Of a stretch of DNA of 57,225 bases, positions 35,094 to 47,800 are shown in pieces (within the stretch, counting starts at the first letter, position 1; each line of letters starts with the position of its first letter). This DNA comes from Selaginella moellendorffii (lineage: Eukaryota > Plantae > Lycopodiophyta): the NCBI RefSeq assembly GCF_000143415.4, contig NW_003314466.1, positions 1 through 57,225 of the forward strand. Direction: 5' to 3'. The position numbers and the translations under genes were made by a program. The notes under the pieces are model-generated. The model ran no database searches and was not told the DNA's origin. It saw nothing but the letters and a program-made list of their open reading frames with translations.

Positions 35094-38000
35094 ATGGCCT
35101 TCAGGGTTGGGGAAAATGTTTACATTTTGAATGGTGGGAAGAGAGTTGCAAAAGGGACCCTTGTGTCTATGGATCGGAATTTTGTTATACACTGTCAAAG
35201 GCTTGGGGAAGGCAATGCTGCTGTATCAGTAGAGACTGTCTTTCATGGGAATGTGGTTGCTATTGAACGAGGAGAGATGGTCGTCGGGGTAAATGTTGTT
35301 GTTGCCTTGAAAAATCTGCAGAAGAAAGCAGATGTTGGGAACAGCGCAAGTGCGACGCATGTTCCCTCCGTGGATCTTAAGAATCGTGCTACATGGATTC
35401 AGGCAAAGGTGTTTCTAAACAACCCCGAGGGGGAGGTGGTAGCTGAGGGCTTAGCCACAGTTGTCGAACCAAGAGATGCGGTTGCTAATCAAGAATTGGG
35501 CTGGGATGATATTGGAGTTGCGATTTTAAAGGTTGTTGACACAGAAGAAAACAGTCTGACTATTGGAAGCATTGTGCGGTGGAAATTGAGGCATTTAGTG
35601 TTTGAGAATGTGAAGGATTCACAATCAAACACCACTACAACTGATGACAGAACATCTCTTCATGGGAAAAGAAAGTACACCTTCCTAAAGCGCAGCCAAA
35701 GGGATCTGAGCAACGAACCGAAAAGGCAGAAAATGGCGATGGAGGTTCGAATGGTCTCGACAGTTGCTTGTTGCAAGAGGAGGTGCTGTCAACATGCTGA
35801 TTGGGATGCTATTGAAGAGGAGAGAGCAAGATACAAGACATTGTCCTGGAAGGTAGCTCGCAATTTTGTGTATGAGGCATTACGGTCATCTGTTGATGCT
35901 TCAGAACATCAGGTGGGGGGCATGGTCTTCCTGAGGGGTTTGGTCTGCATGAAGGCATGGAGAATCATTTATGGAGTCCCTCGAAGCACATTCTACAGAA
36001 TCAAAACTGAGTTCGAGGAACAAAGGGTTCAACAGGCAGTCCATGGGAACGACGGTACGCACAAAACCAGGGGTCATGTTGTATATGGAGAGGCAATCTT
36101 CAAGAGGTTTGTCGAGACATGTAGCGAGCAGCAACCACATAAAACCCGCCTCTTGGAAGATGGAACACGAGACACCCAACGAGTTCTCCCTTCCATGTAT
36201 ACCAAGGGGGCCATATTGGAAGATGTGAATCGGGAACTCCAGAGTAATGGCTACAGGAAGCTGAGCCAATCTAGATTTAGTAGATTGTGGAGCAACAGGT
36301 TCAGGGATGTGAGTATAGGAAAGTACTCCAGCTTTTCAAAGTGTGACGAGTGCACTGCTATCAAAATGGCTTTGTCGAAGAATTCTTGCAGCGCTCAAGA
36401 GCGAGAGACGTTGGTTAGAAGGCAGCTCGACCACAACATCGAGCAGAGAAGCTGCAGGACTGCATATTATCATAACAGGATTCTCTCCATGGAGAGACCT
36501 GACTCTTACCTCTGCATCATCCACGACAAAATGGACCAGAAAAAGACGTGCTTACCTCGACTCAATCCTGCCCCCAAGGCAATCTCTTCATCCATGCAGC
36601 TGCCTGTGTCTCTGTTTGGCATAATCGCTCATGGGCATGGTGCCTAGAACTATGGGAACTTCTTTGTACCTCTATGGGGTGGCGGGGGTGCAAACATGAT
36701 GATTGCGTCCCTAGCAAAACACTTAAGGTCTCTGCAAAGTGCGCAGACTGAGCTGAACGGCCAATCCTTGCATAAGGCCCTTGTTGATTGAACCCCATAC
36801 AGGGTTCAGCTGGAGGAGGAGCAAAGGCTTGCAGTATCGCGTGGGGCCCCATGCCATCCCAGTGAATATGTTGGCCGTCAGATTGTAGGGTTATCACGTG
36901 AGGCCTCATGCCATTCCGACGAGGCTGGTCGCCCGGTGAATGCACAGCCTCATCCAAACGAAGCAGAATCTCAAGGAAGTTCTTGCGGCCGATGTGGCCT
37001 TCCACCCCATCTTCTGCTCCAAACAGACAATGCTGGTAGTGAGAACAAAAACATGTACGTCTTCGCGTACTTGGCGATGCTTGTTGCCAAAGGCATATTT
37101 GAAATGGTTACACTTGGCTTTCTCATGGTTGGGAACACTCATGAAGACGTCGATGCCATGTTCAGTCACCTGGCAGAGTCCCTCCAGCGATCCAATGTCC
37201 TCACCCTCCCACAACTCTACGATGAATTCCAAAATTGCATCAAAGGCACTGTTGAAGCTGCACTTGTGACAGAGGTTCCAGACTTTAAGGGGTTTGTTCT
37301 TAACTGGCTACATCAGGGATGGATCCAAAACGCTGATTGGCCACTCCAAGCCTCTTCAGTTTCATTTCAGCATGCGTGACGGTGCTCCAGTGATGAGGTA
37401 CAAGATGAGAGAATGGGACACACTATGGCTGCCAGTGGACGGCATTGAACTCTTCAAGAGAGATCCCATAACTGGGGAACCTATGATTCCTCAGGGTTCC
37501 CCACGGCCGATGCACCCGGATGGACTCAAAGACCAGGAAAGTATAGTGGCCGGGATTAGACAGCATATTGCCTTCTGGAAGAGGGGGTTGGTGTTTGGTG
37601 GAGAATCCTATTTTAAGAGGTGCAAGCCTTTGCTCGAATACTGGGAGAAGATTATATCTGCTATCCAAAATGGGCCGGTTGTATATGAAGAATTGGAAGA
37701 GTCCTTTTGGCCAGAACCCAGAGCACCAGATAGTAGCGGAACAATGTCCCCTGGAAATGCAGTGATAGATAACGATGTTGAGGATCACTATTGTGGGCCA
37801 AGGAACAAGAAGCTGGATTCAGCATTCAATCCAGTACAGGTCTGCAAAGGAATGCTCGTGCTTGTCAGACCCAGTAATAAAAAACAAATGATATGGGTGG
37901 GGCGCTGCATCACTGATGCAGAGGAGGACACGGAAACTAACTCCTTCAATGTAACTGTGGAGTGGTTCAAGCCAAGTTCCGGATATACGAAGGATTGTCT

Positions 38001-38239
38001 AGAAAAGAGATGGGTGCTGAATCCAAGGGATCCCAACATGAGCATATCGGTGGATAATGTTGTGCATGGTTGGATGCGGAAGCAGAGTGCCACCATCACC
38101 TTGCCAAACCATGCAAGAGATGCAGCAAGAGCATTCATAACCCGGGTTCAAGGTGAGATTCATTAATATTCCTTTACTAAGTTTCTAATGTATTTTATTT
38201 CAAGGTGAACAATCCGAATCTAAATCAGAGGAGGCGTGA
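35094..38239 (+). pseudogene. Sola-like DDD transposase (DUF7869-type core)
   Basis: FSKCDEC, LCIIHDKMDQ, LLLQTDNAGSENKN, FLMVGNTHEDVDAMFS. Same frame 35094-~37300 with stops at 36645 and 36788, a frameshift near 37300, and a last intron 38154-38204 followed by a short terminal exon. Confidence 0.8.
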
Positions 38240-39119
38240 TGGCATGGCGTGATGGCGTGAGGCATGACACCAAAAAGGAGGTGTCCACTAGCGCTTAGGC
38301 TTATAATGGCGTGTGCCCTCATGCCATTTACTTGATCACCAAATACCTTTTTCCCTTTGCACTAGTATATCTTAATACCGGTCTGAGAAATAGAATGGCA
38401 TGTGTCCTCAGGCCTTTTACTAAATCACCTTTGAAAGAAATGCAAGCCTCTATGTCATAAAAAAAAGGTACTAGAGAAATTCCTTAATAATATGAATGTT
38501 ATTTAGTTTCATGAAAATACACTAAGGGTCAAATGAGTTAAATGACTTCTCCAGACTAGCAATGCCTCTTGCTACACCTTCACAATTAGATTCGTTAGAA
38601 AAAGATAACATTGAATAATATCTAAATGTTCTCACCATTAAGTTATATGTCTAGCTAATAGGAATGACGTTCATCTTGGAAAGCTCACCACACGCTCAAT
38701 GAACAAACAAATAGTGTGTGCGCGCATGCCATCGCTCTTCTTTAGCTTCAGATTCGACTTGTTCACCTTGACAATGAGATTTATTATACAACTAGATGGA
38801 CTCAGTCTGGACACAAAGTCACCGCGCTAGTCACCATGCCCCAGATATGTCTAGCCCCTGGACAAAAAACATATAATTTCACGTCATTTTCAAATACTTG
38901 AAAATTTGTACCTAGTCCTATTTTACTGAATAAATCCCACTTTAACGAAATAGAGCTTCCTTACACTCTATGAAAATTTACTAAATATGAAATGGCACTA
39001 GATTGGTCCGTATCCATTTCCTTCTCTGTTTTAATGTGCTAATGTTTCTTTTACAACAGCCAATTTGTACTTTATCTTGGATTGTAACCATCTAAGAGTT
39101 CCAGCCAACTTTTCACATG

Positions 39120-41493
39120 CAAATTTGTATGATGGATCTGTTTATGATGGATTTGAATGAGTTCCTGGTTGCTAAGGCTACCTCTTTTGTGGTCCTAGTA
39201 GCATTATAGTACATTATAGTGTACTTGGATTCAGGCAAGTTCCCAACAGATTCCTTACAAGCGCAACAAAAGGCATTGAAGATTCGAGTATAGGAGTTTT
39301 GCCTTCTTGACGGACATCTTTGCACCATAGCTACTTTTGGCCTCAAATTCACCAGCATATCTTAGACTATGCAAATGTGAGACACAAATCCGTAAGCCCC
39401 AAAGTGGAGCCAAAAGGGTGCCACATGGTGGTGGTCGAAGTGGAAGTCCAATAAGTGTAATATGTTTGAACCAAAGACTCCAACTTGGAAAGTTGAGAGT
39501 GGGAGTGGAACTCCAAACAAAGTGCTCGAGAAATGAACACAAAGCATTTAGTGAATGAATCTCTAAAAAGGGACACAAGAAGGATTGACACATGGCAAAT
39601 GTCATGATGCATGGAAGTGTTAGGAATGAGTCCAAAAAAGAGTCCAAGAAGGAGTTCGAGATAGAGTTTGATATAAACTTGAGATGGACCCAAGATGGAG
39701 TCTGAGATGGAGTCTGATATAGACTCAAGATGGAGTCCAAGATGGACCCGAGATGGTGTCCAAGATGGAGCTAAAATGGAGTCCAAAATGGACTTGAAAT
39801 GGAGTTTGAGATGGACCTAAGATGAAGTCTAAGATCAAGTTCGAGACGGAGACCGAGATGGAGTCAAAGGTCAAGACCCAAGATGGAGTCTGAGGTCAAG
39901 ACTCGAGATGGAGTCCGAGGTTGAGGTCGAGGCTGAAACTAAGACTGAGACCGAGTCTGAGACTGAGCCCAAGACAGAATTCGAGTTTGAGTTTGAGTCC
40001 AAGTCTGAGGGTGAAAGCCATAGCGATCATCTCCTAGACCCTAGGGGGTTTGGTGAGCTCCAAAAATATAGTAAGAGGAGGACTCCAATAGAGCTAGTTT
40101 AGCTAGGAAATGCTAGTGTGACCAAAGAAGGTTATACCCATGTGTTGGGTGATGATATAACCATTAAAAAGTCCAAGGCTAGAGTGAATACAGACACACA
40201 AATAGGGTAGTTTGGTAAAGTGTTTAAGAGTTAACTCTAACTCCTTTAGGAGATTGAATGGTCGATGCTCCCAATCCAAATGTGAATAGCACTACCTACT
40301 TCGATATCACATGGCTCATCAAAACCTCATTCTAGCCACATGGTTAGGGCATCTAAGGGCAAGAGGTGGGGAGAGTACCCACAAGGTTTGTGTAGGGTTA
40401 TGGTGTTTCAAAATGTCTTCCCAAAATCCCAGACTATAGAAAGGAAAAGGAATAATCCTTTAGTGTAGTGACGAAGGATGTGGTCACATGGTGAGGAAGT
40501 CCCAGAAGTTAGTGGGACTTAATGGTTGGGCCTTTAAACCTTAACCCAATAGCAATGTTAATGAGCATGGCCATGGATGGAGAGGGATTTGGTGGGAACA
40601 GAATAAAGGACATTAGGGAAGGGTGTTCCTCACATCTCCAGACATCCTAAGGGCTAAGGTGTGGTCAAAGGATGACCACTCATGTATGAATGGCTCAGTC
40701 TTTTGAGAGACGTGACTATGATGTAAGTGGTTTTGGACTACTGATGTGATAAGGGTGAATGGGTATAGGCTTAGCATTACAGGCTGATATATCAATGGTG
40801 TCAATCATGGGATCAAACATGTAGAACACTTGGACCAAGTGCAAAGGCTAAGTGGCATAGATGTTATTCATGGGGCTAGCATGTCCCCAAGTCAGGAATA
40901 AAACTTATGGAGTTTGGGAATAAAACTCCTCCAAGTGGTCAAAAGTGGGGTTAAGTGGCTAAAGTAGAATGGAAAAAATTAGTCACTTACAACAAAGGTA
41001 TGTAAATAATGCCAACAGTTCAATTCAAAGCTATGTTCAATGCCTTCCTTTCCAGCTTGTCACTTCTCTAGGTCTCTGTTTTTAGTGGGGACTTGACTTT
41101 GTTAGCCCGATCAACCCATCAAGCTCAAAAGGATAGCAATATATCATGGTTGTAATGGACTACTTCACAAAGTGGTTGAGGCCATTCCTCTGCAACAAGT
41201 AGATTAACAGTCTACAACAAAGTTTATTTATGAGTACATTGTTTACTGATTTGGAGTTCTTGCAATTTTGATTTCCAATCGTGGCAGCGACTTCCTTGGA
41301 CAGGTGATGTAACATCTCTTCCAGCAGCTGCAAGTCAAGCACATGAAGAGCAGCAGCTACTATCTTGAGTGCAATGGCTAGGCAAAGTCCAGCAATAAGA
41401 TATTTGAAGACCATCATTTCAAAGTTTGTGGAGGATCACCCCAGGCATTGGCATGAGCATTTGGTTATGCTATTGTGGGCCTTTCAAACATCC
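39120..41493 (+). mobile_element. Continuation of gypsy pol (integrase), split by a solo LTR, ending at an assembly gap
   Basis: YLDSGKFP linker; WGLDFV...YIMVVMDYFTKW; LKTIISKFVEDHPRHWHEHL. Confidence 0.8.
39376..40991. mobile_element. Solo LTR, inverted relative to 19204-20923
   Basis: TGTGAGACAC...CACTTACA, near-TSD GCAAA/ACAAA, same (GAGATGGAGTCC) minisatellite. Confidence 0.8.
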
Positions 41494-41494
41494 T

Positions 41495-41979
41495 NNNNNN
41501 NNNNNNNNNNNNNNNNNNNNNNNNNNNNNNNNNNNNNNNNNNNNNNNNNNNNNNNNNNNNNNNNNNNNNNNNNNNNNNNNNNNNNNNNNNNNNNNNNNNN
41601 NNNNNNNNNNNNNNNNNNNNNNNNNNNNNNNNNNNNNNNNNNNNNNNNNNNNNNNNNNNNNNNNNNNNNNNNNNNNNNNNNNNNNNNNNNNNNNNNNNNN
41701 NNNNNNNNNNNNNNNNNNNNNNNNNNNNNNNNNNNNNNNNNNNNNNNNNNNNNNNNNNNNNNNNNNNNNNNNNNNNNNNNNNNNNNNNNNNNNNNNNNNN
41801 NNNNNNNNNNNNNNNNNNNNNNNNNNNNNNNNNNNNNNNNNNNNNNNNNNNNNNNNNNNNNNNNNNNNNNNNNNNNNNNNNNNNNNNNNNNNNNNNNNNN
41901 NNNNNNNNNNNNNNNNNNNNNNNNNNNNNNNNNNNNNNNNNNNNNNNNNNNNNNNNNNNNNNNNNNNNNNNNNNNNNNN
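41495..41979. other. Assembly gap (other gaps at 45773-45872 and 48564-48777)
   Basis: Runs of N. Confidence 0.99.
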
Positions 41980-43229
41980 TTCACTTTACTGTCACAGTTT
42001 CTTTTTTATTTTTAGAGGGTGTTTCTCCATTGGACTATAACTCTTGCCTTGGATTCATGCTCAGGTTGCATTACCATTTGTATAGAAATTTTTCACTTGG
42101 CTCAGGCTATGTTCTAGGTTATTTGGCCCTTCCCTTACTATTACTCTACCCCACACATTCCCCCACCCATTCTATATCATCTACACTCACAGATCCACCA
42201 CCAATCATTTTTAGTAGCATTTTCTACACTTACTTCTAAATGCCCGTCTTGCATCTTCCATTCTTTCACCATTGTCCACATAGGTCATATTTACTCCATA
42301 CCATGGACACAAATACACACACCGGTAGCAAAAGACATCACCTCATTTAAACATGTTGTTTTCAAAATATCATTATGACCATTTTCTGATGACGTGCTAG
42401 CTTTTCTGGAGTGACTTTCTTTCAACCAGATGAACCCATTTACTCAAAGCACCTAGGTGGATTTTTAGGCAAAGCCACAGAAGTTGAAGCCACTTTCTCC
42501 TGCTCTAGCACTCAGTGGACATATACCACCTATCTTTACTAGCAATTCAGCGATTATGTCATCCTTTTTTGTTGTGGTTTTCTTTAGTCTGACATATCAG
42601 ACCATAGGTTTGACACTTCTAGAGATGGCCACCTTCTCAAAGTGCCACCACCATCTTGGCACTCCACCATATCACTCCATCTTTCATCATTTTTACACTT
42701 TCCACCCTTGGGTAATGCATTCCCTCTTCTACCTCTCTTTCTTTCTCGATTCGGCCAATCCTTACTTGAAGTCATCATGAGGCAATATTTGCATATTACA
42801 CTTTCTTAAGGCAAAATTCAGGTACAGGTCTTTGGGTTCTCACTTTTTTTGCTTTTATTTTCTTTCTTTTTTCACACAGTTTGACTATAGAGATTTCTAT
42901 TGGGTTTTCCTCTCTATCTTCAAACTTCACCCCTACCCCTTTTCTGTCTTTTTCCATTTTATTTTCCAGAGTTTCTACTAGTTCACGCAGTGACCAAGAC
43001 TTGGCATTAGCAGCAAAGGTACACTCTACACTTTTTGGGGGGTTCTCATGCATCTAGAGCTAGCAAGATCCACTGTGTGTGAGAGAGGGAGAATATTCCA
43101 ATTCTTAGAATATTCTTTATCTTCCTTATATAAAACCCTTGCCCCACAAGGGCAAAGGGGGGGCATTTGTGGAGAGTATTAGAGCATTTTTTCGTATTTG
43201 AGCAAGTGTTGGGGGAGTGCCCTTCCTCC

Positions 43230-43560
43230 CCTCAACAACTATTTGAAAGTAATTTTACCTTTAATAGACCAAATGAGAAAAAAAAAGATGGTATAAACAG
43301 TGGAATATGAAGTGGCATTTGTCCACCTCAAAGGAAAATTGAGGAAAGCTCTTATGTTAGTACTACCAAACTTTGGTAAAAACTTTGAGGTAGAAATGAA
43401 TGCTTTAGATTTTGTATTGGGCACAATTTTAAAGCAAGACAACTATCCAATGGTATTCTTCTTAAAATAGTTAGATAAGGCTCAACAAAAGTGCTCAAAA
43501 GAAAATATCATTAGCTAGAATGGCTAAAGATGTTCAAAACTATGTAAAAACATACCTAAT
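43230..43560 (+). mobile_element. Gypsy RNase H fragment
   Basis: LVLPNFGKNFEVEMNALDFVLGTILKQD; related to 6913-7230. Confidence 0.6.
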
Positions 43561-44890
43561 ATATTATACGTGTTCCTCCCATGTCCCGTCCAAATGGATT
43601 AAGATATCATTGATGAAATCAGCAGTCACCTCCGGTATATTGCAAAGAACCTCATCCATCATTTGCTAGAAAGTCGCTGGAGCATTATTCAAACCAAACA
43701 GCATCACCAAGAACTCATATAAAGAAAATGGTGTACAAAAAGTAGTATTCTTCGGCCATCAGTATTTGCTAGTACCCAGAAGTAAGATCTAGCTTGGTGA
43801 ACCAACTACTTCTCCCCAGACGATCCAAGAGATTAGTAGTGTGAGGAAGAAGGTACATATTCAAGATTGTCACTTTGTTTAATGGAAGATAGTTGATGCA
43901 GAAATGAATATTTTCATCAAACTTTATTGTAAGATGAAGTTCACATGCCCAAGGATTTTGCAAATTTCGAATAACACCTTTTTTCAATATCTCCTTGATG
44001 TTTGCATGTAGAATCTTGATCTCTTTGGGTGACTAATGATGAATAGGAACTTTGATTGGACGAGCATCCCCAGTTAGAATTGGATGATATATGGCAATCT
44101 TAGCCCCAGACAATAGGTCAAATTGAAAGAGATCAACATATTCTTTCATAAGTGAGTTAATTGTTACAACACAAAAACCGTTAGAGGGATCAGAAAAGGA
44201 AAGAGCGGAACAAGACAACAATATAGAAGGATGTAATGGGGAGACAAAAGTAATGGAAGCAGAGGTAAAAACGTAGGGACGAAGAGGTACGGAAGTGAGA
44301 AGAATGGATGAAATATAAGGAAGTATGAGACAAGGGGATAAAGTCTCAAAATCACACTTGATATGATTATGTTACAATTAATCTATACCAAAAATGAGGT
44401 CAAAAGCTTGACTCAGCATCACCTGCAATGACTACAATTCAAACTCGAGAATGCCCATATGCATAACTAAGTCCGCCTCATCCCATGCATATGCATATGT
44501 ACGGTTGTTGCCATAAAGAATGAAAATTGGTTTTGCCACACAACGTAAATGTAGATGGCAATATGTGGCAATAGGTCAAGCAATAGAAGATAAACTCGAA
44601 CCTATATGTAAGCTTTTGAATTTAGACTTCCTAGGAGGTCAGTCAACCTAATACTATTCAAACTGAAGGATGCTTAACCCTAAATATCCCAAAGCCCTTA
44701 ACCAATTGGAAAACGGGGTGCACTCTTATTCATGGGCCCTTTCCCTCTATATTTGAACCCCATAAATCGTCTCTCGAATCATTCCCTTTAGTTGCTTACA
44801 ATCCACCATGCTTCCTTGTAAGTTCACGCCCTCATGAACGAAAGCTGAGAGCCACAGCTCTCCCAAGAGCCCTGCTCTCTTAACACCCTA

Positions 44891-47800
44891 TGTAGCGCAC
44901 CTGAATTTGGAGCCATACTCCAATCCCATTGCACTACGAACAAGGATCTGGTACAATCCCACGAGCACCAACTCCCCGTATCTAGCACCTGCATGCAAAA
45001 TGGTGTCAGACGGAGTCTGACACAATTTTGGCATACCGGTGGCCTAACGCGAGGAGGGTACTCCACCGACTAGAGCAGCGTGGAGCTTGGGCTTAGACCC
45101 AAGCTGGATGCAAAACAAGGAGCAACACAGCCCAGCGGGAGTCAAACTAATGTCTCAGGTGGTCGGACATGCATTCCAACCACTATCTCTACTATACATT
45201 TGGAAACACAAACCCCCCCCCCCCCCCCCCCTCTTTGAGGAACACACGCTTTGGGCTTTCACCCCAAGCCTCCCTTAGTACCAGGAGTTAGTCTCTGGGA
45301 CAAACTCGAAACTCGAAACTTACTAAATATGGAATGTCTTTAGATTGAGAATTTGGACACGGGACGAACACCATTGTGTTTAGGCTGATCTCTACATTCC
45401 ATAGATATGCTAAATGAGCGAATCTAGACACTTTCCATAAATAGCATATGGGACCGAAATGAGACCAACACTAAGGGCATGATAGCAAGGGTGTTTAGCA
45501 AACACGGTAAGCTATCATTTAGTGATATTGAGGGACTAGTCTCAATACATAGGGGTTCTTGATACTAGCAAGTGCAAACTAATGACACGAGTTTCTCAAA
45601 CCAGGCCGAGTATGCACAACAAGAAACACATAAGGTTCCTACCTTATGTTTATCCAATTTAAGTACACGGTCATTGACCAGTTTCTCAACTAGCTCAAGT
45701 GGGAACAATAAAGGGAACCAACTATATTGACCTTTTGCCGTCATGGCAGTAAGGAAAGAGTGTCTGTAAGGANNNNNNNNNNNNNNNNNNNNNNNNNNNN
45801 NNNNNNNNNNNNNNNNNNNNNNNNNNNNNNNNNNNNNNNNNNNNNNNNNNNNNNNNNNNNNNNNNNNNNNNNGTATCTTTCGACACCTGAAGTCACATTC
45901 GCAACACTCTCCCCCCCTTGGGGAAGATTGACGTCCTAGTCGATGTATACCTGAGTCTAGCAAACTGTCAAGGAAAAAATTTTGAAAGTTAATGGAAAGC
46001 ACACTATGTGGAAAATAGACCGACTTAAATGAGTTATGGAACGACCTCTCCTCTACGTCCAAAGATGTTAAGACTCAGACACCCTTCGGCCGTCGCCGAT
46101 AAGGAAATGACTAACGGAGTTGGCCACCCTTGCTACTTTGAGTACCACTCGGCTTACAAAAGAATGATACATCCCTGCCTGCAGGGACATAGGGAGAAGG
46201 CCAAAGGCCCAACTGCCCTTGAGCAAGAAATCAACCTCGTCGGGAAGATTTAGACAACTATTATAAACTGGCAGATTAAGTTGTTTACACGACCACTCCC
46301 TTTTCCGAAAATGAGTCATTGAGAGAGAGGCGGGGACTTGTGATTAGTCTATAATAGTTATCCCCATGATTATAGATTGGACCCATGCACCGAAGTGCCA
46401 AAGTCAGCTTGCCAAAACTGACCCAAGTACGAATGAATGAAAGAAATGACACTTTGATTGATAGAAATATATTACTTTATTGATTTGCAAGATTTATTAC
46501 AAGGTTTTTACAAAAATTAGTCTTTATTACTATTCTCATACTCCGTGACAAGCTCATGAGCATGTATAAGATTCCTAAGAGGTTCCCAAGTTAATTCACA
46601 AGTTGAGTAACCTTTCCACTTAACTAGATATTCCTTGGAATGACCACCACTAGCTTTGCGAGACAAGAGAATCACTTTGACCTCATACTCCATGTCACCA
46701 TTCACAACATCCGGAGGGGGACAAATGTCCACAGAGCGATTCGTAGCAACATGATATGGTGCTAGTAAACTGAAATGAAACACATCATTTACATTGGACA
46801 ACTCATCCGGAAGATCCAACTTATAGGATACATCACTAACTTGCTTCACCACCCAATAAGGTCCAACATATCTAGGCAATAACTTCCGAGATAAACATCC
46901 TTTAATGTTCAAGTTCCGGAAAGATAACCACACCTGATCTCCCACTTGATAGGATATATCTTGACGATGCTGATCCTTATCATGTCAATACCTATCCTGA
47001 GCTTTGCCCATCGCCTCAGTAGCCCTAGACCAACCTTGGCGTAGCTGCTCCGCATAAGTCTCAATAGCCAGGACCAACATTTTGGACATAGGTTTCGGTA
47101 CAACGATTTGTTGAGGAACCCCACGAGCATTCCCTTGCAGCATCTCCCATGGAGAACAGTCTATAGCACTGTGAAATGTGTTTTTATAACATATTTCTGC
47201 TGTATCCAAATGCTCAACCCAATCGCGTTGGTCTGCCGCAACATAGTACCGCAAATAATCCTCAACTTGAGCATTCACGCATTCGGTCTGCCCATCAGTC
47301 TGAGGATGATAAGTTGTACTAAATTTTAGCTTGGTACCAAACAGCTGGAACAGTGTGCCCCAAAACTTCCCTGTAAACCTTGAATCCCTATCCGAGATCA
47401 TCTTTTCGGGAAGACCACGAACCCGCACGACTTCATGGAAAAAGAGCTTTGCTGCTTGTTTCGCATTCACTATTCCCACAATTGGAATGAAGTGTGCAAT
47501 CTTCAACAATCAATCCACAACTACCATCAAAGTATCATAACCCTTAGACTTTGGCAAGCAAGTGACGAAATCAAGTGTCACACTTTGAAATGGCCATACT
47601 GGTGCTGGAATGCACTGCAACTTTCTAGCCTGCTTCTTAGTTCTACGCTTACATTGCTAGCATATAGGGCAGGAACGGACATAATCCGCTATATCACCTT
47701 TCATACCAAACCAGAAAAATCCTTTTTTCAATAAAGCCAGAGTCTTTCGCTGTCCACCATGTCCCGCTGTTGGAATATCATGATATTCCTGCAGAAACAA

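Larger units (their letters stand above)
23715..38732. repeat. Dispersed 22-bp palindrome family ATGGCRTGWGGCCWCAYGCCAT (~25 copies)
   Basis: Copies start at 23715, 24792, 24867, 26099, 26290, 26424, 27923, 29197, 29257, 29334, 30067, 30146, 31003, 31690, 31788, 34723, 34893, 34929, 34999, 36836, 36893, 38306, 38395 and 38711, plus degenerate ones at 31075 and 38252. Confidence 0.95.
23500..39100. mobile_element. Large cargo-carrying DNA transposon-like cassette (Sola-like DDD transposase plus divergent ParB-like gene)
   Basis: Interrupts gypsy pol, is more GC-rich than its flanks, contains a transposase, and the 22-bp palindrome occurs throughout it. No convincing TIR/TSD found; the left end looks truncated. 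Confidence 0.65.

Noticed and set aside
23715-38732. Palindromic repeats as a CRISPR array
   Set aside because: Spacing is irregular (tens of bp to kb), copies lie in introns and ORFs, there are no cas genes, and the context is eukaryotic.
23492-39115. TIR pair TGAAAAGT (23492) / ACTTTTCA (~39108)
   Set aside because: Only 8 bp, no supporting TSD, and gypsy sequence is missing between the junctions; could be chance.
41365-42239. ORFs of 166-254 aa
   Set aside because: They span N gaps.
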